Shown here: in pieces, positions 22,038 through 33,003 of the stretch
How positions within the stretch are numbered: the first letter of the stretch is position 1
Layout of the letters: the number at the start of each line of letters is the position of its first letter
Assembly: GCA_963717465.1 (NCBI GenBank)
Contig: OY970340.1
Span: 2,240,001-2,304,000 of the forward strand
Direction of reading: 5' to 3'
DNA from: Candidatus Bathyarchaeota archaeon
Lineage (GTDB): Archaea; Thermoproteota; Bathyarchaeia; Bathyarchaeales; Bathycorpusculaceae
Length of the DNA: 64,000 bases
Program-made: the position numbers and the translations under genes
Notes under the pieces: generated by a model
Databases searched by the model: none
What the model was told of the DNA's origin: nothing
Seen by the model: the letters and a program-made list of their open reading frames with translations, nothing else

Positions 22038-22634
22038 TCAGGTCGATTTTAGAGTCTGATTCATTAGAATTTCAGTGGCACGGTGGTAAAGCATGTTTGA
22101 ACCTTTTCGGGAAACAATTCTTGCGGGCACACCTGCAATTGTTATGCCTGGTTCTTCAAAGGATTTATCAACATATGAATTTGCACCAATCGCAATACCA
22201 TCTGCTATTTTGATGGAACCAACAATAACCGCTCCTGGACCAATGAAAACGTTATCACCAATGAAAGGTGATGAACGATAATGCCCAGCGCTAGTGCCGA
22301 TTGTAACGCATTGGTGAATCCTACAATTGGCTCCCACCTTAGCTGCTCCATCAACAATAATTGAGCCGTAATGAGCAATGGATAATCCTGGACCAAATAC
22401 ATTCGGAGGGATCAGAAATCCAGTTTTTACCCCTAAATTGTATAATTTGAAACGTAGATAGTTAAGATAAGCCTTGTTAATGTAGTCTTCCTTACAATTT
22501 GTGAAATATTCCACTTTTCTTAAGAGCTTTTCAAAACGCCATATTACATCGAAGTAACTCGGGGGTTTTTGGGTTGTTAAAGCAATTTTGTCAGCTGCTA
22601 AATAAAATTTGTAATCTTTCTTAGACTTTATCAA
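22038..22634 (-). CDS. Hexapeptide-repeat (CysE/WcaB-like) O-acetyltransferase
   Basis: PNVFGPGLSIAHYG, IHQCVTIG, IGDNVFIGPGA and AGVPARIV. Confidence 0.85.
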   Translation of the reverse strand: MIKSKKDYKFYLAADKIALTTQKPPSYFDVIWRFEKLLRKVEYFTNCKEDYINKAYLNYLRFKLYNLGVKTGFLIPPNVFGPGLSIAHYGSIIVDGAAKVGANCRIHQCVTIGTSAGHYRSSPFIGDNVFIGPGAVIVGSIKIADGIAIGANSYVDKSFEEPGITIAGVPARIVSRKGSNMLYHRATEILMNQTLKST

Positions 22635-22658
22635 TACAACCGCCCATATTCAAGAGAA

Positions 22659-22865
22659 TTATAAACCTAAAATGATATATTGAGTTATAATTGCGTAAAT
22701 AAATAATCCTATAAAAATGGCACCTAATAGCACAGTTAAAAACCGCATGTTCTCTGCAATTGAGGACTTTTTTAATGCTGGAGAGTATTGTGACAGAATA
22801 CTTATAATAAAAAATATTATGAAAACGATAAAGAGGCATTCAATGATAAGAGAAATATTAAGCAA
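22659..22865 (-). CDS. Small two-TM membrane protein
   Basis: Two hydrophobic helices; preceded by GGAGGT-type RBS; fills the operon gap. Confidence 0.6.
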   Translation of the reverse strand: MLNISLIIECLFIVFIIFFIISILSQYSPALKKSSIAENMRFLTVLLGAIFIGLFIYAIITQYIILGL

Positions 22866-22879
22866 TTCGCTCCTACCTC

Positions 22880-24649
22880 CTAGCCGCTGCCTGTTTTAGA
22901 TATAATGGCTGAATCACCATTACTGTAAACGACGCTGCTATTACCAAGCAGATCGTTGACTGGAAAATATAGAGTTGTAACTGATCCTGCCCACATGCCG
23001 TACTGCAAATTATAGTGATCAAGCAAGAAGTAAGTACCGGTAGTATTAATTGGTGTAGTCGCACTATAATCAATTTCTACATTCCAACATGCGTAAAACC
23101 ATTGGTTAGTGAAATCAGTATAATATGTAGAGTTTTCCGAGAAATGTTGATCCAACCAGACAGATGTTGAATATTCATTTACTCCAATAATGTATTGATT
23201 TATAGAAACTGCTGGGTTAACGGATTCTCTAGGCTGATACAAAACATATCTCTGATAACTTGGGATAATCATATTCACGGGAAGATTTATTATCAGAAAG
23301 CCAATCAGAAAAATAATCGCGAAAATTCGCAGCAGACGCCTCTTATTTAGGCGTAGTTTCTTATTTAGAAACAAAATGCTCGCCGCCATAAAAGTTGCGA
23401 AGAAGGGCATACCCATAGTAATTACTCTATCAACATAAACTCCGAGCATTTCTTTTCCAGCCAAAACCCATACGGCCACGAAAGCCATCATGACCAATCC
23501 GCCTAATATCAAAGGCATATGAATGGGTTCCTTCCGAAACGTAAACAACAAACATAAAAAGCCGACGGGAATTAAAACCAAGGTAAAATCAAGCCAAAAA
23601 CCCACTACTTGCCCTGCGGGATTATTCAAAAACCAAGAAGAAGTAGGTGTAGTTGAGGCAACAGCACCCGGAGCATTAGTAATCTGGGAGGTAATCAAAT
23701 AAACTTCATTATGAATGTCAACAAGAAAAGGAAACTGGTTTGTAAAATAAATCCAAAATAAACTTAAACAAATAAAAAATATTAAAAACACACTAGTGAT
23801 AACTTGCTTTCGCCCTTTAAAACTAGAAAACTTGAAAAAAGACAATAGCTTTTTAGGAAAATAACTAATAACAGCGCAAAATACGAAAATACAGACAAAT
23901 ATCATAACAGTCCAATAATCCATAGTGTAATGACTAACCACCAGACCTAACATTGAAAAAATAGCCAGCACAGTGTATACAAGACTATTTTTAGCCTTAT
24001 ACACTTTAACCAACGAATAAATCATCAAAACAAGAAATAATTCAGCAACCCCTTGGCGAATCAGAAAATTAAGAAGATTAAAATTATAATAAAATTGAAC
24101 AAAAATCAAAGCTGAAAGCGCTGAAAGCTTAACATCACCAAAGACTTCTTGAACGGTCTGAAAAATTGCAAGGGGAAGAATAGCCAAAACTGCAAGCATA
24201 ACCCATTGAAAAATAGGCATTAAATCCAAGCCAGTTATCTTAGAAACTATAGCAGGAAACAAAGAAATTGAGGCGGCAGTAAAGTATCGATCTCCTGTTG
24301 CTGCTCTAGCAAGTGACCAGGTATTGCTTTCTAAAGTAACCTTTGCCGAAGCATACTCATAAACAATATCACTTCCCTGTAAAACATTAAACCTAATGTT
24401 GTACATTGCCATTAGAAAGAACGATGTAACAAAAATGACAAAAAAGAAGGGCGCCTTATGATAAGTAACCGTTAAAAAAGCCAAAATGTCACCTATTGCA
24501 AGAGTAATTGCCCCAGCAAAAAGCAAAATCGCAGAAGCTCCATTGTCAACATTTCTTAAGAAAAATACGAGTATAATGACGCCTACAGTTGCAAGGATAA
24601 TCGATAAGATCGAGAGAGAGCTGTTAAGCTTTTTAGACTTGTCTACCAT
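22880..24649 (-). CDS. DUF2206-like multi-pass membrane protein (putative glycan ligase/polymerase)
   Basis: About 13 TM helices; GSDIVYEY, RQGVAELF, GLVVSHYT and C-terminal VYSNG motifs. Confidence 0.7.
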   Translation of the reverse strand: MVDKSKKLNSSLSILSIILATVGVIILVFFLRNVDNGASAILLFAGAITLAIGDILAFLTVTYHKAPFFFVIFVTSFFLMAMYNIRFNVLQGSDIVYEYASAKVTLESNTWSLARAATGDRYFTAASISLFPAIVSKITGLDLMPIFQWVMLAVLAILPLAIFQTVQEVFGDVKLSALSALIFVQFYYNFNLLNFLIRQGVAELFLVLMIYSLVKVYKAKNSLVYTVLAIFSMLGLVVSHYTMDYWTVMIFVCIFVFCAVISYFPKKLLSFFKFSSFKGRKQVITSVFLIFFICLSLFWIYFTNQFPFLVDIHNEVYLITSQITNAPGAVASTTPTSSWFLNNPAGQVVGFWLDFTLVLIPVGFLCLLFTFRKEPIHMPLILGGLVMMAFVAVWVLAGKEMLGVYVDRVITMGMPFFATFMAASILFLNKKLRLNKRRLLRIFAIIFLIGFLIINLPVNMIIPSYQRYVLYQPRESVNPAVSINQYIIGVNEYSTSVWLDQHFSENSTYYTDFTNQWFYACWNVEIDYSATTPINTTGTYFLLDHYNLQYGMWAGSVTTLYFPVNDLLGNSSVVYSNGDSAIISKTGSG

Positions 24650-24921
24650 TAAACCAGCCAATTGGAAAATATATTTTTCGAAATAGTTACAATCCAGCTC
24701 ACAAGCGATTTGCCCTAATTGTCGAAGAGGCATACTACAGCTGACTTATTATTTCTTTGTACTTTGCTAATAGATTAAATACGCGAGTGAGTGCGAAAAA
24801 CTTGACTTATCGAAATAGTGAAGGACTTTAAGGTCCGATCTTTCGAGCGCGGATTTTCGTCAGCTACTAACTCATCGTCTTGCAAGATAAGGTTACTTCA
24901 ATATTTCTCGTCGAGTATAAT

Positions 24922-26070
24922 TTACTTGGGCACGCGCTCTTCGTAAAGAGAATTTATTTTTCGTGAAATGTTTTCCCATGAATAACTTTCTAATTTTTTG
25001 GAAACAGCTTTTTTGTTAAAACTGGCAAAATCATGATGGTAGAAATACCATGAAATTCCTTTTGCCAATTCTTCAGGTTCTTTAGGATTTACAAGCCGTG
25101 TATATTCGCTATTTTCAAATTGAATAGCTACTTCACGTGCACCGCCGACTTTGGTGCATATGACAGGCTTTCCAACACTCAAAGCTTCAAGCAATGTAAG
25201 CGAAAATGTTTCGAAAACAGAAGGAAGAACAAAGACATCACAGGCAGCATAATACAGTGGGAGATCTTCGGATTTTATAAACCCTAAAAACGACATTATA
25301 TCGTTTAATTCGAGCTCGTTAACCAATCTTTTTAGGGAAGCCTCTTCTTCGCCGCGTCCACCAATTAAAAATGCTATTTCAGGTATATCTTTTTTAACGA
25401 GATTTGCCGCCTCAATAAGATACTTAATGCCTTTTTGGCTGGATAACCGCCCAATCGAAAGTACAACGTACTTATACTCAACTCCCAAACGCTTTCTTAC
25501 CAAAGAACCATCAACGTTGAAATTAAAGCGGGAAGTGTCAACACCGTTCGGAATGAATACTGGTTTTGAACCGTAAACCGCCTGCCAACTCCGTTGGATA
25601 GCTGGACTGACAGCGATAAAAGTGTCTACGTATTGAGAAAGTATCTGGACTAATTTGCGATCAATATGTCTAAGTAAATCATTATGAAGTGTGCAAAATA
25701 CTTTAGAGTGTTTAATTCTTTTTGCCATGACCGCCGAAATTAGTAAAGAGGAATAACCAAATCCGTGCACATGTACAACATCGTATTTGCCCTTGCATAA
25801 ATCTCGTATAATCAAAGGAATTGTAAGAAAACTGTAAAGCCACAATAGTCGAGCATTGATGAAATTTGCAAATCGAAATTTCGGAGAAGGCGCCCATCTT
25901 GATGGAATCAATTCTTGGTTTTGTTTTAATTCGCGTTTTCTAGGGACACCGTAAAGTTGAATAAAATCAACTGTATGCCCAAATTTTACAAAGTTTTTGG
26001 ATATCTCGTAAGCGTGAATTTCTCCGCCTCCGTAGAAAAGAGGATTTTCAAGTAGCATAGCTATTTTCAA
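24922..26070 (-). CDS. GT4 family glycosyltransferase
   Basis: GGGEIH, IPNGVD, IGRLSSQKG and LPSVFETFSLTLLEALSVGKPVI. Confidence 0.9.
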   Translation of the reverse strand: MKIAMLLENPLFYGGGEIHAYEISKNFVKFGHTVDFIQLYGVPRKRELKQNQELIPSRWAPSPKFRFANFINARLLWLYSFLTIPLIIRDLCKGKYDVVHVHGFGYSSLLISAVMAKRIKHSKVFCTLHNDLLRHIDRKLVQILSQYVDTFIAVSPAIQRSWQAVYGSKPVFIPNGVDTSRFNFNVDGSLVRKRLGVEYKYVVLSIGRLSSQKGIKYLIEAANLVKKDIPEIAFLIGGRGEEEASLKRLVNELELNDIMSFLGFIKSEDLPLYYAACDVFVLPSVFETFSLTLLEALSVGKPVICTKVGGAREVAIQFENSEYTRLVNPKEPEELAKGISWYFYHHDFASFNKKAVSKKLESYSWENISRKINSLYEERVPK

Positions 26071-27296
26071 TCGCGCCGCCTCAAGAGAGCTAGATATCGT
26101 TTATAGGTGTCAGAGAATGTTTTTTCCCAGGGGTACTCGGTTAAAGCAATTTGCCTGCCGACTTTTCCCATGCTACTTCTAAGCTCCTTGTCTGATAGGA
26201 GTTTAATAATCGCTTTAGCAAGTTCTCGTGAATCATCAGGAACAACGAAACCGCCACCATTTTTTTGCACTAGCTTTGCTATTTCTGGTGCATGCCTTGT
26301 AACTATAATTGGTTTACCAGATGACCAAGCTTCAAGAAATGCCATTCCAAACCCTTCACCTTGCGTTGGAACCGTAAAAACATCGCATATTAAGTAATAA
26401 GCTGGAAGCAATTCGCTTGATACAGATCCAGTGAAAGTGACATTGTTGTGCACATTTAATTCTTGTGAAAGTTTTTCAAGATACGCCCTTTCATTTCCAG
26501 ATCCTACAAGAATGAATTGAGCTTTTGGGAATTCTTTTACAACGCCCGGTGCGGCCCTAATTAGAATATCAAGACCCTTTATTTTTTCCAGACGGCAAAC
26601 CGCAAGTATAACCTGAGAATCTGGGGGGATGACGTCGATTAAATTGGAGTTATCAGTCAGTGAACTGAATTTATCAGCATCTACACCGGGTGGAATCACA
26701 TAAATTTTGGAATCTAAACTTTTATCTCCAACCGCTTTGATTGCTAACTCTTTGAAAAATTCAGAGTTTACAATTATGCAATTAGCATTTTTTAGCACGA
26801 CTCGTCGGCAGGCATCTCCAACAACTGAGAACTTTGCGGCCGTGTCTACTAGTTCCGCAGCATGCCATGTAACTACGACTTTGATCCCAAAGATTTTCTT
26901 AATTATTACTGCAGCTAAACCTTCACCATACGGATCATGAGCATGAATTACATGAGGCCTCAAATGTAATTTCAAAAACGAGAAAAATACAAAAACAGTT
27001 GTGAATAAATATCTAAGCATCTGCGGTTTTGACAAGGTCAAACGAGCACGAAGGGAATAAAACATGGTCGATTTATTGGAAGAGTTAGTTATGTTGCCAA
27101 CATTACTGGCGATCACGTAAACTTCGTTTCCTAACTTTCGCAGTTCTTTCGCTTGATAGTAAGCGTAATACTCTTCGCCCCCGATATTCCATGGAGGAAA
27201 ACCTGGACTAAAAATCACTATCTTTATTTTTTCATCACTATTCCTTTTTACCGAAGGCAATTTTGAAATAACCACAACTCCACATAAATCCTCCAC
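26067..27296 (-). CDS. GT4 family glycosyltransferase (true start probably near 27235)
   Basis: IGGEE, IPPGVD, VCRLEKIKG and EGFGMAFLEAWSSGKP. Confidence 0.88.
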   Translation of the reverse strand: MEDLCGVVVISKLPSVKRNSDEKIKIVIFSPGFPPWNIGGEEYYAYYQAKELRKLGNEVYVIASNVGNITNSSNKSTMFYSLRARLTLSKPQMLRYLFTTVFVFFSFLKLHLRPHVIHAHDPYGEGLAAVIIKKIFGIKVVVTWHAAELVDTAAKFSVVGDACRRVVLKNANCIIVNSEFFKELAIKAVGDKSLDSKIYVIPPGVDADKFSSLTDNSNLIDVIPPDSQVILAVCRLEKIKGLDILIRAAPGVVKEFPKAQFILVGSGNERAYLEKLSQELNVHNNVTFTGSVSSELLPAYYLICDVFTVPTQGEGFGMAFLEAWSSGKPIIVTRHAPEIAKLVQKNGGGFVVPDDSRELAKAIIKLLSDKELRSSMGKVGRQIALTEYPWEKTFSDTYKRYLALLRRRD

Positions 27297-28164
27297 CCAA
27301 AAGGCAAGGCATCAACGCAAATGCTTGCTTTGTAAAATTTGGAATTCGAAACAGTTTATAGGATTCACGCGCAACTCTAGCAATAATTATAGATGGTATA
27401 AAAAACGATACGAGAACTGGGTTCATGGGAAGCCGCCCAAACATGTTTTTGTTAACAACCTGAGCTTTAAAATGCGCCTCTCCAGTTTTGCGTTCCCTAG
27501 ACAGATAGGAAGAAAAATTTAAGTCGCTTCTTATTCCGAAATGAAGAATTTTAGCTTGCGGTTCAAAAAGAATTTTGTAGCCAACATCCGTGATTTTCCT
27601 GCTTAAAAGAAAATCTTCATATATATCAAGTTCTTCATCAAAAAAATTAACGCCCTGTAAGACACTCATTTTAAAGCTGGTGTTACAAGTTGGCGCATGA
27701 TACATATAATTTCGTTTTAAGGTTTCATCAAATTCAGCAAAATTCACATAGTGAGACATAATTGAGGCTTTCGTGCTTGTAACTAAATAAGGGTCAATAA
27801 TTGAGCCTACAACTGCACCAATCGTTTTATCAGAATGGTTTGCAACGTGTAAGGACAGCCAGTTTGTATACGCTTGGCAATCAGCATCGATAAAGGCAAC
27901 AATTTCCCCTTTGGCTTTTTTAAGTCCAACGTTTCTAGCTAATCCGCGTCCTCTTCGTTTATCTACATAGCAGGTAACATTGAATTCTTCACAAATTTTC
28001 AAAGTTAGATCAGTAGATCCCCCATCTACAACGATTATTTCATAACGGTCTTTCGGGTAATCAAGAGAAACAAGCGAGGATAGGCAAGCGCCGATATACT
28101 CTGCCATGTTAAATACTACTACGATAATCGATACAAAAGGGTAATTTTTCTCACATGACTCCAA
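27238..28164 (-). CDS. GT2 family glycosyltransferase
   Basis: VSIIVVVFN, IIVVDGGSTD, ARNVGL, AFIDAD and YED. Confidence 0.9.
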   Translation of the reverse strand: MESCEKNYPFVSIIVVVFNMAEYIGACLSSLVSLDYPKDRYEIIVVDGGSTDLTLKICEEFNVTCYVDKRRGRGLARNVGLKKAKGEIVAFIDADCQAYTNWLSLHVANHSDKTIGAVVGSIIDPYLVTSTKASIMSHYVNFAEFDETLKRNYMYHAPTCNTSFKMSVLQGVNFFDEELDIYEDFLLSRKITDVGYKILFEPQAKILHFGIRSDLNFSSYLSRERKTGEAHFKAQVVNKNMFGRLPMNPVLVSFFIPSIIIARVARESYKLFRIPNFTKQAFALMPCLLGGGFMWSCGYFKIAFGKKE

Positions 28165-28194
28165 TGGTATCCTCTCAAAATCACTCGCTTATTT

Positions 28195-28980
28195 TCAGCC
28201 ACCAATTCTCTCGAATGCCCCTTCCTTATCACCTTTAAGAAAGTTTGTGAACCCTTGAAGTATACCCTTTGCCCAAACAGCGCCCCGTTTACCTTGAAGC
28301 AGCAACAGCGGAGTAATAATGGGAAGACACAGGTAAAATACTCGAATCAAAGGAGTTGTTTTGGTTAAAGAGACGGCTTGGTAAAGGCCAGTCACAGTTC
28401 GAGCTTTATATTCTGATTCTTCTTGTAAAGTGCTCGTTTTCTTTGTTTCTACCCAGCATTCTTCGCAGAAAACAACTCTGTATCCGAGTTCAGGAGCCTT
28501 AAATGAAATGTAATTGTCCTCTGTTTTACAGGGCGGAATAGGCAAAATTTGGTCGAAAATGTTTTTACGTATTAGCATTAGGTCGCCGCTAGATGTAATA
28601 GGTACAATTCGCCTAATTTTATCCATTAAAGAATAAAATTGAAGCTGAGGCCCAGAATTAACTTTAATCTTGCAAAAAACTATTCCAGCTTGTGAGCAGA
28701 TCATTTTCTCAATTGCCTTATCAAAATTAAAAATTTTGTTGTCAACGTCATTTAAACAGACAATTTTAACATTCTCGCCAATAAATTTAGCAGCATAGTT
28801 TATAGCGTCGAACTTTCCCTTTTTCTCGCGATAGATAACTTCAGGGTTACCCGTTTTTTCTGCACAGATAATTACGAATCGAACACCTAAGTTCCTTAGC
28901 TCAACTATTTTTTTGTCTACACCTTCGTAATTTCTTGCGGAGACAATGAAGCAAATTTCGTTTTTATTGATCGTCTCCAT
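28195..28980 (-). CDS. GT2-like glycosyltransferase
   Basis: GKFDAINYA, LNDVD (DxD), SGDLMLIR and TED motifs. Confidence 0.75.
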   Translation of the reverse strand: METINKNEICFIVSARNYEGVDKKIVELRNLGVRFVIICAEKTGNPEVIYREKKGKFDAINYAAKFIGENVKIVCLNDVDNKIFNFDKAIEKMICSQAGIVFCKIKVNSGPQLQFYSLMDKIRRIVPITSSGDLMLIRKNIFDQILPIPPCKTEDNYISFKAPELGYRVVFCEECWVETKKTSTLQEESEYKARTVTGLYQAVSLTKTTPLIRVFYLCLPIITPLLLLQGKRGAVWAKGILQGFTNFLKGDKEGAFERIGG

Positions 28981-29014
28981 CTTACGCCCTTCTTTTCCGA
29001 AGTTTCGAAAATGA

Positions 29015-30181
29015 CTACATCAAGACTGAGTCGTAAATTTCTCTCACTTTTAGTGAAATTTTGCTTAAGTCATAATCATTGTGGACTTTTAAGTTTCCAG
29101 CAGCGCCTAATTTTTGCCTCAATTTACGATCATGATACAACAGCGCGATTGATTCCGCTAGTTTAGCTGGGTCGTGAGTGGGAATAATTAAGCCGTCTTG
29201 ATGATCGAGAATTATTCTCGGTATCTCACCGACGTCTGTGGCAATAACGGGTTGTTTCATCGCCATTGCCTCGATTATTACAAGCCCAAAACCTTCTGCG
29301 TAGGAGGGAAGCACTGTGACATCGCTTTGCGAGTACAGTTGGGGCATCAAATAGTAAGGTCTTCCATCCAAGAATTTGAAGAATTTTTGAAGGTTTAAGG
29401 ATGCAATGCGCGCCTTTAGTTGGAAAATAAACGACGTATCTTGATAACCTGGATTAAAGTCGCCACCTTGTATTAGTAAAAACTGCAGGTCGTTCAGCTT
29501 TTGCTTATTCACTAGTATATCTCCTGCCTCAACTAATTCAAGGATACCTTTAGCTTTAACTAATCTGGCCGGGCAAAAGATTTTGAAGACCTCTTCAGAC
29601 TTTGCAGGGTATAAATCTGAGTTGAAGATTTCAAGGTCTACTCCATTAGGAAGGTAAAAAACTTGCTTTCCTATAGCATTGCCTAATAAAAGAGCACTAT
29701 CCTTGTTGTTACATATAATGGCATTGCAGTCTCTGGCGTCCTCCACATACTTATTTATGTTATCATTGTTGATTTGCTCATGAAATGTTATTACCACAGG
29801 TTTTCCCTTAACGAATTTCCAGCCCTTGAATCTTATTCCTGTTTCTATTTTTCTAAAAGATGGCTCAAAGCCTCTTGTAAGTCCTTGAACATGTATGAGA
29901 TCGAATTTCTTCTTTACCTTATTCAGGTAATAAACATCTGCCGTTTGTTGTATCCCAAAAACTAAATGATACTTAAATCCTGAATCCTCAGAGGTAGAAA
30001 GAAAACGGTTTCTAAGAATGCTGAATTGGCCTTCTGAATCATAAATTATTGGAGAACTCCCATAAGTGTAGACTGTTACAGAAGTGTTTTTTCTGGAAAG
30101 AAACTTGACCAGCGAAGATACATAGCTTTCTGTCCCGCCCCAACGTGGGAAAAAGCTATGTGTTAATATTAGTACATTCAT
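29015..30181 (-). CDS. GT4 family glycosyltransferase
   Basis: WGGTE, LPNGVD, ARLVKAKG and LPSYAEGFGLVIIEAMAM. Confidence 0.9.
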   Translation of the reverse strand: MNVLILTHSFFPRWGGTESYVSSLVKFLSRKNTSVTVYTYGSSPIIYDSEGQFSILRNRFLSTSEDSGFKYHLVFGIQQTADVYYLNKVKKKFDLIHVQGLTRGFEPSFRKIETGIRFKGWKFVKGKPVVITFHEQINNDNINKYVEDARDCNAIICNNKDSALLLGNAIGKQVFYLPNGVDLEIFNSDLYPAKSEEVFKIFCPARLVKAKGILELVEAGDILVNKQKLNDLQFLLIQGGDFNPGYQDTSFIFQLKARIASLNLQKFFKFLDGRPYYLMPQLYSQSDVTVLPSYAEGFGLVIIEAMAMKQPVIATDVGEIPRIILDHQDGLIIPTHDPAKLAESIALLYHDRKLRQKLGAAGNLKVHNDYDLSKISLKVREIYDSVLM

Positions 30182-30198
30182 TTTTCTTGCTCTTTGAT

Positions 30199-31176
30199 TT
30201 AATTAGCCGTTGCTTTAGAACGACGAGAATTGCTTATGCCGAAAAAATGCAGAAAGTGAGAATACAGAAAACGGGGTTTATAATTGAAATTTTCGATACC
30301 CCACTGAACGCTGTCTAAATAAATCTTATCAACCAGTTCTTGAGTTGGCTTAAGATTTTTTATAGTACTCTTTAATGGAGGTGTAACCTCGATTAGACCG
30401 GCTTTTTTGAAATAGCTTATTCTATCAATGAAAAGCGAGAATTCTTTGAATAGTCTTTTTTGCTCTTGCTCACCGAGGTCCTCTGTAGGAACTAGTACTT
30501 TTGGATTGCCTTTGAAGTAAATTGAGTCCCAATGTCCTTGATTGATCAGGGATGTTGGATGTAAAAGTAGTACAGATGTGCCATTTAAAAGACTCATGCG
30601 AAGCGATCTAGTTAATGTTCTTAGATTAAATGGGTAGCCGTCTGGCGGGCAGAGAACTATTGGGAAAGGGTAAAATTGTATTTCTTTATAGAATGATGGA
30701 CCTGCTTTTAGACGAGTTGAAAAGTCGTATCTGATTCCAAGTTTTACGAGTGCCTCTAACATGGGTGGGGACCAAGCGAATCCTGGCGCTCTGAAGGAAA
30801 CGATGGATTTTTTTGGAAATAGTTCTTTGAGGGATAATAGTCCCCCCGGACCTAAAATTTCACCAGTAGTTGTTGAAATAAGTGAGGTTTCTCTTTTCAG
30901 GGATATTTCGACTGATTCACAGTAATCTTCAACATCCGTATATTCTATAATTAGAGGTCTCACGGAATGAGCTGCTGAATGGTACCCAATCTCATGATTG
31001 GCCAAACGTTGTTTTAGTTCGGGATAAAATTTCAATTTATCTGCCACGTGACCCGTTATAAAAAATAAACCTTTCAGTTCCGCAGCATCCAGTGCATCAA
31101 GTATCTGTTTCAAGATAAGAAAAGATTTTGGTTTAACGACATCCTCAACATCAAATGTTAAAAATATGTCTGGCAT
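30199..31176 (-). CDS. Polysaccharide deacetylase (CE4/NodB-like)
   Basis: LTFDVED, HEIGYHSAAH, SFRAPGF, YDFS and LLHP. Confidence 0.85.
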   Translation of the reverse strand: MPDIFLTFDVEDVVKPKSFLILKQILDALDAAELKGLFFITGHVADKLKFYPELKQRLANHEIGYHSAAHSVRPLIIEYTDVEDYCESVEISLKRETSLISTTTGEILGPGGLLSLKELFPKKSIVSFRAPGFAWSPPMLEALVKLGIRYDFSTRLKAGPSFYKEIQFYPFPIVLCPPDGYPFNLRTLTRSLRMSLLNGTSVLLLHPTSLINQGHWDSIYFKGNPKVLVPTEDLGEQEQKRLFKEFSLFIDRISYFKKAGLIEVTPPLKSTIKNLKPTQELVDKIYLDSVQWGIENFNYKPRFLYSHFLHFFGISNSRRSKATAN

Positions 31177-31419
31177 TGGGCATTTCCTTGTATTAGAATC
31201 TTAGTGACAAGTTTAATAGCAACTAAACGTAGAAAAACTGGTAATTTTACCGCAACTTTGTTTTAGGCTATGCTTAATCAAGAAACTCGTATTTATTACA
31301 TTAACTACATAAAAGTGTTCCATTAACTTTTCTATATGTAACTTCTCGTCTAATTTTGCTTAATATTTCGCCTTTCAAAATAACTGTTTAAAAAATGTTT
31401 TAGACATGCAATCAGCATT

Positions 31420-32037
31420 TTAAGAACCTCCTCCGCAATATTCCCCGTTCAGCCACTTCACCATGCAAAAGTGTTCAACCTCAACTTGAGATTTGCCTGA
31501 AAATACTGTGACGTCTTTGTGTGGGTTTGTTGGGTCAGGCATAATCACCTTGTTCTTTAAGGGCAATCTTTTAAAATCCTCAATCCTGTGGGAATCCCAG
31601 ACGTGAGGATCGGGATTAGCGTTTCCTTTCTCATCTCCGACCAGCATAACAAACAAATTTTCCAGATTCACCCTTCGTGCTCTTCGAGTCCATTTAACTC
31701 GTGCCTCCTCTTCAGAATGATAGTGCAGGAAACAAATTTCAACATCCTCGAGTACACCTACCGGATAAGGATGCCCACGAAGGCTCATGTGCTCCTTAAC
31801 AGTAGGGTGTTTTGAGACGCCTACAAACTGTATTAGAATGTTGAGATAATGCTCAAGGTTTGAAAGAAATTTAATATAGTCCTCTAAGAAAAAGAACAAG
31901 CCAACTGTTGGTGTAGTATATTGTAAACCCAATTCTTTGTATCCAAATATTCCGGCTCCGCAATTATTGGATATTATTGTAAAATCCTTGTTCTTTAGCC
32001 TATTCGCCGTAATGGCGGTGCAACTTTGCATCTCCAC
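31420..32037 (-). CDS. DUF1919 family protein
   Basis: FTIISNNC, YTTPTVGLF, YPVGVL, FLHYHSEEEARVKWTRR. Confidence 0.82.
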   Translation of the reverse strand: MEMQSCTAITANRLKNKDFTIISNNCGAGIFGYKELGLQYTTPTVGLFFFLEDYIKFLSNLEHYLNILIQFVGVSKHPTVKEHMSLRGHPYPVGVLEDVEICFLHYHSEEEARVKWTRRARRVNLENLFVMLVGDEKGNANPDPHVWDSHRIEDFKRLPLKNKVIMPDPTNPHKDVTVFSGKSQVEVEHFCMVKWLNGEYCGGGS

Positions 32038-32040
32038 GTC

Positions 32041-32101
32041 ATTTTTACACCCATAGAAAAAAGTTGGATGTTTAAGTATCTGTTATTAGCGGTTGCACTT
32101 A
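32041..32101 (-). promoter_or_regulatory. Archaeal promoter (TACTTAAA TATA box), copy 1 of a duplicated element of about 55 bp
   Basis: Near-identical to 32941-33003; same position upstream of a minus-strand start codon. Confidence 0.6.
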
Positions 32102-32103
32102 AT

Positions 32104-32941
32104 TTACAACTTTAAAATTATGGTATTTAACAATTCATCAGTAGAGCGCGTGCGTTCACCAGTAATACCCTTACTGTAAGTACATACTATTCTACATATG
32201 TTACTGTATTTTTGAGAAATGTTTATGCTTTCGTTCTTGGATGAAATAATAAAATCTCCATTTTCAGTCGAAAAATTCCATTGATGCAGTCCATTATAAT
32301 TTTGTATACGTGCTTCATTAGGTCTATGAATCATTAAGATATAGCAATTTTTTTTGACTACTTTTATCATTTCTAGTATTGCTTTTTCCGGAGAATAAGA
32401 ATGGTCTATACAATTACATGCAAAGACCAAGTCAAACGAGTTTTTGGGAAACATCTCTGTGAGTTTTTCGGCGTCAGATTTCTTCGTTTGAATTAGTGGA
32501 GAAACACAGTATTTCTTCATAAGATTGTCGTATTCGTCGAGCTAGAGGGTCAACAGCAGTGATATTGATTTTTAATCCTTCGTGTACTTTCCCCAGACGG
32601 GTGAGAGGGCCTGCACCTACATCCAGAATTTCAACTTGGCTCTTATTTTGAGGGAGTAACTTAACGACTGCTTCCTGTAGTGGAAAAGTGGGATCTAATC
32701 TAGCGTTATAATCTTGTGGCTTCTCTAAACCCTTGGTTTCAAAATAATCGTTCCAAAAGGACACTTCAGACTTTACAGCTGTTTTCCATCTTAATTTCGA
32801 ATTTAAAGGTACGCGTATTCCCGTTTTATCTTCAAAAACATAAATAGTAAAACCCACAAATCCAAGGTCTCTTAATCCTGCTATTACATTTGCTATTGCA
32901 TTCTTGGCTTTTTTCACATAAGCATATTTCAAGATTTTCAC
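32104..32941 (-). CDS. Class I SAM-dependent methyltransferase, split by an indel near 32535
   Basis: ILDVGAGP, AVDPLA, DAEKL and FDLVFACNCIDH. Confidence 0.8.
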
Positions 32942-33003
32942 CCATTTGCCCGATAGAAAAAAGAAGGGTTGTTTTAAGTATTTCTGATTAGCGGTTGCGA
33001 CTT
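32941..33003 (-). promoter_or_regulatory. Archaeal promoter, copy 2 of the duplicated element
   Basis: GCAACCGCTAAT-x-AGA-x-TACTTAAA...TTTTTTCTAT on the minus strand, shared with 32041-32101. Confidence 0.6.
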
